From IMG/VR virus record IMGVR_UViG_3300032293_001706, positions 1 through 64,000 of that record: DNA of 64,000 bases, one strand, 5' to 3'. The position numbers and the translations under genes were made by a program. This DNA comes from a virus. Positions 18,455 through 26,162 of the stretch are shown here, piece after piece. Numbering within the stretch: the stretch's first letter is position 1; every line of letters begins with the position of its first letter. The notes below the pieces were generated by a model that was not told where the DNA came from, searched no databases, and worked only from the letters and a program-made list of their open reading frames with translations.

Positions 18455-20611
18455 GTGATTGAACAGGAAAAACTTGATTTGGTATTTGAATTATTAGATG
18501 ATTTTACATCTGATGGGAAACTATATTATGATGATGAATCGGAATCCATATGGATGATAAATCCAGATACAAAAGAATGGATATTTGAATTAACAAAAAC
18601 AGGTCGTTTATGGTATTATAATCCGATTTTTAGTGAAATTTTTAAATACGTTTTTATAGAATATCCTGATTTTAAACCGTATATAACAAAGTGGGTTGAA
18701 AGAATCCTTCAAAAAGAGGTTAAATACACCGATGTGGATTCTCATCAGTTGCGCAATCGAGTTGAAAGAATCCTTCAAAAAGAGGTTAAATACACCGATG
18801 ACGTTTCCGTAACGCACCACGGAAAAGTTGAAAGAATCCTTCGACGAGATAATAATTCGGATTCAGAAGAAAACATCAATGAAAGTGAAGAACCGTCATC
18901 AGTTGATGAGGATTTGGTATTTGAGTTATTAGATGATTTTACATCTGGCGGAAAGTTATATTATGAAGATGAAACGGAAACCATATGGATGATAAATCCA
19001 GATACAAAAGAATGGATATTTGAATTCGAAAAATCAGGAGATTTATGGTATCATTATAAAGTTTTTGAAAGTATTTTTAAATACGTTTTGATGAAACATA
19101 CTGAATTTTTTCCATATATAACAAAGTGGGTTGAAAGAATCCTTCAAAAGGATATTGAAGATATCGGTTTCGTTTCCCAAATGCGCCACCAGAAAGTTGA
19201 AAGAATCCTTCAATCAGGAACCGAATTAAATTCAGAAGAAAACATTAATGAAAGCGAAGAACCATCATCAGTTGATGAAGATTTGATATTCGAATTATTG
19301 GATGACTTTACATCTGATGGAAAGTTATATTATGATGATGAATATGACTCCATATGGATGATAAATCCAGATACAAAACAATGGATATTTGAATTCAAAA
19401 AATCAGGAAATTTATGGTATTATTATCCAGTTTTCGTTAAAATTTTTAAATACGTATCGATGGAATACCCTGATTTTAACCCGTATATAACAAAGTGGGT
19501 TGAAAGAATCCTTCAAAAGGAGGTTAAAGACACCCAAAGCCTGCGCATTCCTGTGATTGGCATTGTTGAAAGAATCCTTCAAAAGGAGGTTAAAGACACC
19601 TATCGATTTCGATTCCGAAATGAAGCGTATGTTGAAAGAATCCTTCAAAAGGAGGTTAAAGACACCAAAACGCGTAATGGAATACACCGAAGTACAGTTG
19701 AAAGAATCCTTCAAAAGGAGGTTAAAGACACCACAGAGCTGGAAGACCTTTCCATCAAATACGTTGAAAGAATCCTTCAATCAGGAACCGAATTAAATTC
19801 AGAAGAAAACATTAATGAAAGTGAGAAAATGAAAAAAACAAATTTAATGGGTACAATACTAAAAAGTTTTGAGATTAGAGATTCTTTACCTTCAGAAATT
19901 TGGTACAACCCTGATGGAAAATCCGTTAAAGATAGTAATGCTGGTGATTTAAAATTAAAACCTGAAATTAGACAACGTTTACTTGAAATTGCCGAGTTAT
20001 TTGTTGATTATATAAAATTGGACATGTTTGTCAATGATATTGTTATTACAGGTTCCTTACTTAATTATAATTGGTCCGACTATTCAGATTTTGATTTACA
20101 CGTTATAACATCATTAAGTAATTATCAAGAAAATGAAGAAATTTATAAAGAATTTTTTAAATTAAAGAAAAACTCATTTAATTTAAAACACGACATAACT
20201 GTGAAAGGGTATGATGTTGAAGTTTATGTTGAAGATAGTGATAATGAAAGATTTTCTTCAGGGGTTTATTCAATAATAAATGATAAATGGGTGAATGTTC
20301 CGAAAAAAGAAAAAGCAACGATAGATTTAAACAAAATTAAAGAAAAAACAAATCAATGGATGGAATTAATTGATAATTTAATTGATACCGCAAACGATGA
20401 AGATATCTATGTTGTAAAATCTTTATTTGACAAATATGGTGAAAAATTAAAAAATTTTAGGACTGCAGGACTAAAAAAAGGTGGAGAATATTCATATGAA
20501 AACTTGGTTTTCAAGGTTTTAAGAAGGAATGGTTATTTAGATAAATTCAGAAATGCTGCTGATAAAATCATAGATAAACAATTAACCTTAAAAGAAAGTG
20601 AAATATTTTAA
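18455..20611 (+). CDS. Fusion of three copies of a ~75-aa module, each carrying an interspaced repeat array, to a Pol-beta-like nucleotidyltransferase
   Basis: Three copies of FELLDDFTSxGKLYY...KWVERILQK; C-terminal part from about 19829 has ITGSLLNYNWSDYSDFDLH and YDVEVYVED. Confidence 0.8.
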   Translation: MIEQEKLDLVFELLDDFTSDGKLYYDDESESIWMINPDTKEWIFELTKTGRLWYYNPIFSEIFKYVFIEYPDFKPYITKWVERILQKEVKYTDVDSHQLRNRVERILQKEVKYTDDVSVTHHGKVERILRRDNNSDSEENINESEEPSSVDEDLVFELLDDFTSGGKLYYEDETETIWMINPDTKEWIFEFEKSGDLWYHYKVFESIFKYVLMKHTEFFPYITKWVERILQKDIEDIGFVSQMRHQKVERILQSGTELNSEENINESEEPSSVDEDLIFELLDDFTSDGKLYYDDEYDSIWMINPDTKQWIFEFKKSGNLWYYYPVFVKIFKYVSMEYPDFNPYITKWVERILQKEVKDTQSLRIPVIGIVERILQKEVKDTYRFRFRNEAYVERILQKEVKDTKTRNGIHRSTVERILQKEVKDTTELEDLSIKYVERILQSGTELNSEENINESEKMKKTNLMGTILKSFEIRDSLPSEIWYNPDGKSVKDSNAGDLKLKPEIRQRLLEIAELFVDYIKLDMFVNDIVITGSLLNYNWSDYSDFDLHVITSLSNYQENEEIYKEFFKLKKNSFNLKHDITVKGYDVEVYVEDSDNERFSSGVYSIINDKWVNVPKKEKATIDLNKIKEKTNQWMELIDNLIDTANDEDIYVVKSLFDKYGEKLKNFRTAGLKKGGEYSYENLVFKVLRRNGYLDKFRNAADKIIDKQLTLKESEIF
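18695..18842. CRISPR. CRISPR-like array A (2 full repeats, 2 spacers, partial repeat), in frame inside a CDS
   Basis: Repeat GTTGAAAGAATCCTTCAAAAAGAGGTTAAATACACC; 30-bp spacers at 18731-18760 and 18797-18826. Confidence 0.5.
19130..19213. CRISPR. CRISPR-like array B (degenerate repeat, 1 spacer, partial repeat)
   Basis: Repeat GTTGAAAGAATCCTTCAAAAGGATATTGAAGATATC; 30-bp spacer at 19166-19195. Confidence 0.4.
19499..19780. CRISPR. CRISPR-like array C (4 identical 36-bp repeats, 4 distinct 30-bp spacers, partial repeat)
   Basis: GTTGAAAGAATCCTTCAAAAGGAGGTTAAAGACACC at 19499, 19565, 19631 and 19697; 18-bp partial at 19763. Confidence 0.6.
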
Positions 20612-20644
20612 TATAGTGATATATTTATAAAGAAAAATATATAA

Positions 20645-20845
20645 ATGGCAACAACAGCTTGTACTTCATATTATACCGTTAACTTGGTTGGTTATATACC
20701 AGGTTCAGGTAGCACTGTAGGTGTTGTAACTCAATTTAACACACCTAAACCTGTTTGGACAGATACAGATTATACCAATCCAACACAAGTTGCATTACAG
20801 TGTAGTGCAGTTGCTATTGGAGGATTTAACGGACTAAACTCATAA
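20645..20845 (+). CDS. Small hypothetical late protein
   Basis: 66-aa ORF after a TATTTATA motif. Confidence 0.65.
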   Translation: MATTACTSYYTVNLVGYIPGSGSTVGVVTQFNTPKPVWTDTDYTNPTQVALQCSAVAIGGFNGLNS

Positions 20846-20868
20846 AAAAAAGAAAAAAACATATTAAA

Positions 20869-22101
20869 ATGGCAGATTTAAAACCAATAGGTAGCGAAAA
20901 ACTTCAAGGAGCCGATAAAATTGCACGTATCATGGAAATTGCTAGATATCGTGAAACTCCAAAAGAAGAAATTAATTTAAACGAAACTCTTTCTTACACA
21001 AGAATGTTAGCAGACGGAAATGTGTATGGAATAGTAAAAGAAAGAAATGGATACATAGTTAAAAAAGGTGTAAATGAATCCACATTGGATTATATTGAAC
21101 CTATGAAAAATAGAAAATACTATAGTTCATATTCACAAGCGTTAAAAAGATTTAATTTGTTGGCTGGTGAAATAAACAGATTAACAGAAAATACAACAGG
21201 TGTTGAATTATTCGGTGAACAAAAGAAGTTTGTTTTGAAAAAATCTGGACAACAAAATGCAACACCAACACCCTCCCCTGAACCATCTGTTTCCACACCT
21301 CCGCCAGCACCTGAAATGACAACAACACCAACTGAAGAACCAGCACCTGAAATGACAGATATGGGTTCTGAACCTATGGGTGATACATCAACAGAACCAA
21401 CTGATGATATGTCAATGGACATGGGTATGGATATGGATGCAAATGCTGAAGATAGTGAAGAAGTTACATTTAAAACTATTCAAAAACTTACAGGTAAATT
21501 AGGACAAAAATTAAGAACTTTTGAGCAGGATAATGAAATGAGCCCTGAAGACGTTAAATATGTCCTAAATTCTGTTTTATCAGCTCTTGACTTGTCAGTT
21601 CTTGAAGATACAGATATTGAAGAAATTATCGGAAAATTGGAGGGTGAAGAAGGTGGTGAAGACGCTAATGATATGTCAGCACCAGCAATGGAACCAACAC
21701 AAGATGAAGTTCCTTTGGATTTAGGTTCTGATGGGTCAAGTGAAGTAACAACACAACCTGAAGTCGGTGAATCACAAAACCCACATAAATTTTTGGATAA
21801 AATATTTTCAGAATCAAAAGTTGAAAAAATCCTTTCAAAATATTTTGTAATCACAGAAGAAGAAAAAAAACAAGAAGGAACAAAAAAAGTTCAAACTTTT
21901 ATTAAGAAAAAAATAAATAAAGTAAGTGTTGTTGATGAAATCAAAAGATTATCTGAAACAATCGAACAAGAACTAACCGCTGATTTTATTTTGAGTGAAA
22001 ACGAAAATGTGAAATTCATAGGAAAGACAAATTTAAAAAATTTGGTTTTTGAAAGTGAAGGAAAACAAATTAAAGTTTCACCAAAAGGTATGATTTTATG
22101 A
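20869..22101 (+). CDS. Hypothetical protein with a Pro/Thr/acidic linker
   Basis: 410-aa ORF in the late gene run. Confidence 0.75.
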   Translation: MADLKPIGSEKLQGADKIARIMEIARYRETPKEEINLNETLSYTRMLADGNVYGIVKERNGYIVKKGVNESTLDYIEPMKNRKYYSSYSQALKRFNLLAGEINRLTENTTGVELFGEQKKFVLKKSGQQNATPTPSPEPSVSTPPPAPEMTTTPTEEPAPEMTDMGSEPMGDTSTEPTDDMSMDMGMDMDANAEDSEEVTFKTIQKLTGKLGQKLRTFEQDNEMSPEDVKYVLNSVLSALDLSVLEDTDIEEIIGKLEGEEGGEDANDMSAPAMEPTQDEVPLDLGSDGSSEVTTQPEVGESQNPHKFLDKIFSESKVEKILSKYFVITEEEKKQEGTKKVQTFIKKKINKVSVVDEIKRLSETIEQELTADFILSENENVKFIGKTNLKNLVFESEGKQIKVSPKGMIL

Positions 22102-22502
22102 ATAAATTAGTTTTTGTTAATGAATTAGGTCCGAATTTTAAAGGTGATAACCTTTATGAGTTTATATTTTCAAATTATTCTGATGTTGATGGTGAAGGTT
22201 GGGACTCAGTTCCAGCAGGAGGAAATCCACAACCACCACATATTGATTTTATATCCAAAGTAGGAATTTTGAAAAATGATAAAGTTAAACTCAATGTAAT
22301 TCAAAACTCTGATTTTTTCTCAATTTACGATGCGGTTGATAATGTAATCGCATTGGCTTGGGAAGATAACGAAAATGAATATTATGATGATAATAAAACA
22401 AGATTGGTTTTTCACTATGGTGATTCAGAGGAAAAAGTAATCGATAAACTATATGAAAGAGATATAGTATTAAAAATTGAAAAAGAATTAACAAATGTCT
22501 AA
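22098..22502 (+). CDS. Hypothetical protein
   Basis: 134-aa ORF overlapping both neighbours by a few nt. Confidence 0.75.
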   Translation: MNKLVFVNELGPNFKGDNLYEFIFSNYSDVDGEGWDSVPAGGNPQPPHIDFISKVGILKNDKVKLNVIQNSDFFSIYDAVDNVIALAWEDNENEYYDDNKTRLVFHYGDSEEKVIDKLYERDIVLKIEKELTNV

Positions 22503-23373
22503 CATAGGTTCAAAAATAGAAAAACTAATAGCTGATGGATTCAGTTATAATACACTAAGAGGGTTATCTGAAGCTCAAGTTAATTTGTTGTATAATAGAT
22601 TGGTTGAGCAAACAGCACCACCAAATACAGAAATTATTAAGAAAAATACAACAACATATAAAGTAAAACCAAATGCCAAGACAATGATTGGTAATTTGGA
22701 GATTGACACGACAGGTGGGTCGACAAAAGTTACTCCAATGGAAGAAGAAACTTTGAATGTTGTTGATGACCCAGACGCAACTGAAGATGGCATGGGGATG
22801 TTTGAATCTGAAATTTCAGAAAAATTTGAATCTAAAAAACAACAAAAATATTTTTGGTGGAAATGTAATAGTTCAAAAAGTGAAAAGGCAAAGAAAAAAT
22901 GGTGTAAATGGGCTGAAGAGTTTTCAAAAGACACTAATTTCAAAAAACTTCCAGAAAAGAAAAGAGATGTTAAAAAGATTGAAGAGAGCTTGACAAAGTT
23001 AATTGAAAATCGTATACCTCAATCTATAACAAAAAAGAATCTTATGGATTTAATTGAATCATCAACAAGAACTAAGGAAGCACCGACAAAAACTCCAACC
23101 AAGACTCCGACAAAAAGTCCTGGAAAAGGAAATCCTTTTAAGATTCCAACACCAGCTCAGAAACCAGGTCCAAAGGCTGAGGTTAAAGAAGGAGGTTCAA
23201 GCGCACCTGCAAAAGCACCGACAAAAACTCCAACCAAGACTCCGACAAAAAGTCCTGGAAAAGGAAATCCTTTTAAGATTCCAACACCAGCTCAGAAACC
23301 AGGTCCAAAAATGAAGGCACCAAGTTGGTTAAGTTATAACGCATTTATTAACTCAGGTTACAAATTAATATAA
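22495..23373 (+). CDS. Hypothetical protein with duplicated Pro/Thr/Lys-rich block
   Basis: APTKTPTKTPTKSPGKGNPFKIPTPAQKPGPK occurs twice. Confidence 0.75.
   Translation: MSNIGSKIEKLIADGFSYNTLRGLSEAQVNLLYNRLVEQTAPPNTEIIKKNTTTYKVKPNAKTMIGNLEIDTTGGSTKVTPMEEETLNVVDDPDATEDGMGMFESEISEKFESKKQQKYFWWKCNSSKSEKAKKKWCKWAEEFSKDTNFKKLPEKKRDVKKIEESLTKLIENRIPQSITKKNLMDLIESSTRTKEAPTKTPTKTPTKSPGKGNPFKIPTPAQKPGPKAEVKEGGSSAPAKAPTKTPTKTPTKSPGKGNPFKIPTPAQKPGPKMKAPSWLSYNAFINSGYKLI
23078..23309 (+). repeat. 97-bp identical direct repeat, period 135 bp
   Basis: 23078-23174 equals 23213-23309. Confidence 0.85.
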
Positions 23374-24704
23374 TGAGAAACAAAAGAAATATATTTGAGG
23401 CTCCAATTGATGAGCCAGAAGGTTATAGGATGAATCCTGAACTAAGAAGACGAATTGAAAGGGGTGAAACTCCTTATTCTGACAGTCCGTTCTTTCCAAA
23501 AAAGAAACAAGGTGAAAATCAAAGTTTTGAAGAAAAAGCCGCAAGTAAAAGATTTGCCGATGTTGTTGAAAAATTGGAAAGATACATTGGAAGAAATGTT
23601 CCAAATAACTTACAAGGTTTGCAAATGCTTTTAATGACTTTGTTTAGTCAAATAAAATCATTTGAAAATGGTAAAGAAAGACAACTTGAAAATTTGGCGG
23701 TTGAAATAGCCGAAAATGAACTAATTGATGAAAAGTATAAAGGGTTTATTAAGTTTGAAGCTGAGTTTATGAATTTTGGTGACCAACCAAGAGGTGAATT
23801 TAAATCAGAATCAGAAGATTTCTCAGATGAAGATATTGAAATGGCTTTCGAACAAAATGGTGAAGATTTGGATGAATTCTTAAATGCTTTCGAAAACTTT
23901 GATTATTTGGTTGCAAGAAGAAGGTTCTTTAATGCAATTGTTCAAGGATTTGCAAAAAAAGGACATTATATGTTTGAATTGGTTAGAGACAGGTTAGAAG
24001 AAATGCAACCTGGAATTACCGACAAATATGGTGCATTGATGGCGTTAAATGATTATCTGTATTGGATGTTACCTCCAAGTATGCTTGAACAACTATTTGC
24101 AAGTGGACAATCTTTAGGTGGTGAAGAAGAAGTTGAATTTGAAACCGATGAAGAAGGTAATCAAACAGGAAACTTAATTGTTAAGGCAAGAGGAGCGATG
24201 TTTCCATTTATTTTACACGAACTATTAAAAGGATATCAAGATATTATAATGGCACCTTCAATACCTGAAGACCCTGTACAGGCTCAAATGGTGAAGGCTA
24301 AAGCTGATGTATCCGTTAATGAATTGTTTGATATTATTGTTGGAGCTTATTTGTGGGAAAAATTATTGGAATCAATTCCTGAGAAAGTATTGACTGACGA
24401 AGAAAATTCTAAAGTGATTCAATCACTCATTTTTAGAGAAATGATTAAGTTACCAAAAAGAATGTTTGTTTCTTTAGCACAGAGAATAAACAGTGGGGAC
24501 CAATCAGCATATAAAGATATGGAAAAAATTGCGGACAACATTATCGACTCACTAAATAAACAAAATTTAGAAGAACTTTTAGGTGATTTTGAATCTTATG
24601 AGGAAGAAGATGATGATTATCCAACATTACCACCTAGTGACGATGATGACGATGATGTTGATTTAAGTTTCTTAAAAGATTTTGGTATAGATAAACCTGA
24701 TTGA
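23373..24704 (+). CDS. Hypothetical protein with acidic tail
   Basis: 443-aa ORF, translationally coupled to the previous gene. Confidence 0.75.
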   Translation: MRNKRNIFEAPIDEPEGYRMNPELRRRIERGETPYSDSPFFPKKKQGENQSFEEKAASKRFADVVEKLERYIGRNVPNNLQGLQMLLMTLFSQIKSFENGKERQLENLAVEIAENELIDEKYKGFIKFEAEFMNFGDQPRGEFKSESEDFSDEDIEMAFEQNGEDLDEFLNAFENFDYLVARRRFFNAIVQGFAKKGHYMFELVRDRLEEMQPGITDKYGALMALNDYLYWMLPPSMLEQLFASGQSLGGEEEVEFETDEEGNQTGNLIVKARGAMFPFILHELLKGYQDIIMAPSIPEDPVQAQMVKAKADVSVNELFDIIVGAYLWEKLLESIPEKVLTDEENSKVIQSLIFREMIKLPKRMFVSLAQRINSGDQSAYKDMEKIADNIIDSLNKQNLEELLGDFESYEEEDDDYPTLPPSDDDDDDVDLSFLKDFGIDKPD

Positions 24705-24776
24705 AAATATTAATCTTAAACCTATTTATTATCTCGAATGATTTGTTTCATTCGAGATATTTATTTTAATAGATAT

Positions 24777-25472
24777 ATGGAAATTAAATTAACTGAATCA
24801 CAATTTGCCAATATTGTTAAAAGAATATTAAAAGAACAAACCGAGGAAGTTCTTGAACTTCCAGCAATTAAGTTTTTTTTTAATGATTGGAATGAGGTTA
24901 TAAAATATGTTGAAGAAGAAGGAAATCCATTGTTTTCGATGCAAGGAAATCTTGATTTTAGAAATGTTTGTCCTGAAACTCTTGGAAGATTATATTCGGT
25001 TGAAGATTTTTTGGGTTTATTTGCATGTGAAAACATAACATCTCTTGGAAATCTAACACATGTTGGGGGGTATTTGGATTTAAGGTTCACAAAAGTTACA
25101 TCTCTTGGAAATCTAACACATGTTGGGAATAACTTGGAATTATTTGGATGTAAAAACCTAACATCTCTTGGAAATTTAAGAGATGTTGGTAAAAATTTGG
25201 TTTTATATGGATGTAAAAACCTAAAATCTCTTGGAAACTTAACACATGTAAAGGGGGATTTGGATTTAAGGGGTACAAATATAACATCTCTTGGAAGTCT
25301 AACACATGTTGAAGGTTTTTTGGATTTATTTAACTGTGAAAAACTAACATATCTTGGAAGTCTAACACATGTTGGGGGGTTTTTGGATTTAAGATACACA
25401 CCAATTGCTGAAAAATATTCCAGAGAAGAAATAAGAAAAATGGTTAATGTTGAAGGTGATATTTATTTATAA
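24777..25472 (+). CDS. Leucine-rich repeat protein (22-23 aa units), paralog 1
   Basis: Repeated (I/L)TSLGNLTHVGGYLDLxxT/C; start MEIKLTESQF at 24777. Confidence 0.85.
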   Translation: MEIKLTESQFANIVKRILKEQTEEVLELPAIKFFFNDWNEVIKYVEEEGNPLFSMQGNLDFRNVCPETLGRLYSVEDFLGLFACENITSLGNLTHVGGYLDLRFTKVTSLGNLTHVGNNLELFGCKNLTSLGNLRDVGKNLVLYGCKNLKSLGNLTHVKGDLDLRGTNITSLGSLTHVEGFLDLFNCEKLTYLGSLTHVGGFLDLRYTPIAEKYSREEIRKMVNVEGDIYL

Positions 25473-26077
25473 TGAAAGAACTAATTAAAAGAATATTAAA
25501 AGAGGAAACCGAGGAAGTTCTTGAACTTCCATCAATCAAATATTTCTTTGATGATTGGAACAAGGTTATTAAATTTGTCGAAAGTGAAGGAAATCCATTG
25601 TTTTCGATGCAAGGAAATCTTGACTTACAAGATGTTTGTCCTGAAACTCTTGGAAGATTATATTCGGTTGAAGGTTATTTGGATTTAGAAGAGTGTGAAA
25701 ACCTAACATCTCTTGGAAGTCTAACACATGTTGAAGGTTTTTTGGATTTATTTAACTGTGAAAAACTAACATATCTTGGAAGTCTAACACATGTTGGGGG
25801 GTTTTTGGATTTAAGAGGTGCAAATATAACATCTCTTGGAAATTTAAAACATGTTGGGGGTCTTTTGTATTTAAATAAATGTGAAAACCTTACATCTCTT
25901 GGAAATCTACAATATGTTGGGGGGAGTTTGGATTTAAGAGGTACAAATGTATCATCTCTTGGAAGTCTACAACATGTTGGGGGATATTTGGATTTAAGAG
26001 GTACACCAATGGATAATGAATATTCCGAAGAAGAAATACGAAAAATGGTTAATGTTGAAGGAAATATTTATCTATAA
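25472..26077 (+). CDS. Leucine-rich repeat protein, paralog 2
   Basis: Same repeat and the same N- and C-caps as paralog 1. Confidence 0.85.
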   Translation: MKELIKRILKEETEEVLELPSIKYFFDDWNKVIKFVESEGNPLFSMQGNLDLQDVCPETLGRLYSVEGYLDLEECENLTSLGSLTHVEGFLDLFNCEKLTYLGSLTHVGGFLDLRGANITSLGNLKHVGGLLYLNKCENLTSLGNLQYVGGSLDLRGTNVSSLGSLQHVGGYLDLRGTPMDNEYSEEEIRKMVNVEGNIYL

Positions 26078-26103
26078 TGAAAGAACTGGTTAAAAAAATA
26101 TAA
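26077..26103 (+). pseudogene. Remnant start of a third LRR paralog (MKELVKKI*)
   Basis: Same TAATG stop/start overlap as paralog 2 and similar to its start MKELIKRI. Confidence 0.5.
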
Positions 26104-26162
26104 TATATCAGATATTTATGTTTAGGGGTTAACTAATTTAAATAACCATAAAAAAAAACATA

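Noticed and set aside
19499-19780. TIGR-type array
   Set aside because: The unit is 66 bp with one 30-bp spacer, not a 36-nt dual-spacer unit; no box C/D-like motifs or Nop-domain gene seen.
19412-19796. Alternative-frame ORFs 19412..19780 (-), 19557..19796 (+) and 18608..18820 (-)
   Set aside because: Shadows produced by the 66-bp periodic repeat; no start context or independent coding signal.
18455-20611. Classical diversity-generating retroelement
   Set aside because: No reverse transcriptase or template/variable repeat pair is visible in the window, and spacer differences are not limited to an adenine-type pattern; a distant DGR cannot be excluded.
24761-25399. Antisense 212-aa ORF and CRISPR-like periodicity in the LRR genes
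   Set aside because: Mirror of the LRR frame; the units are similar along their whole length with codon-patterned variation, so they are protein repeats.
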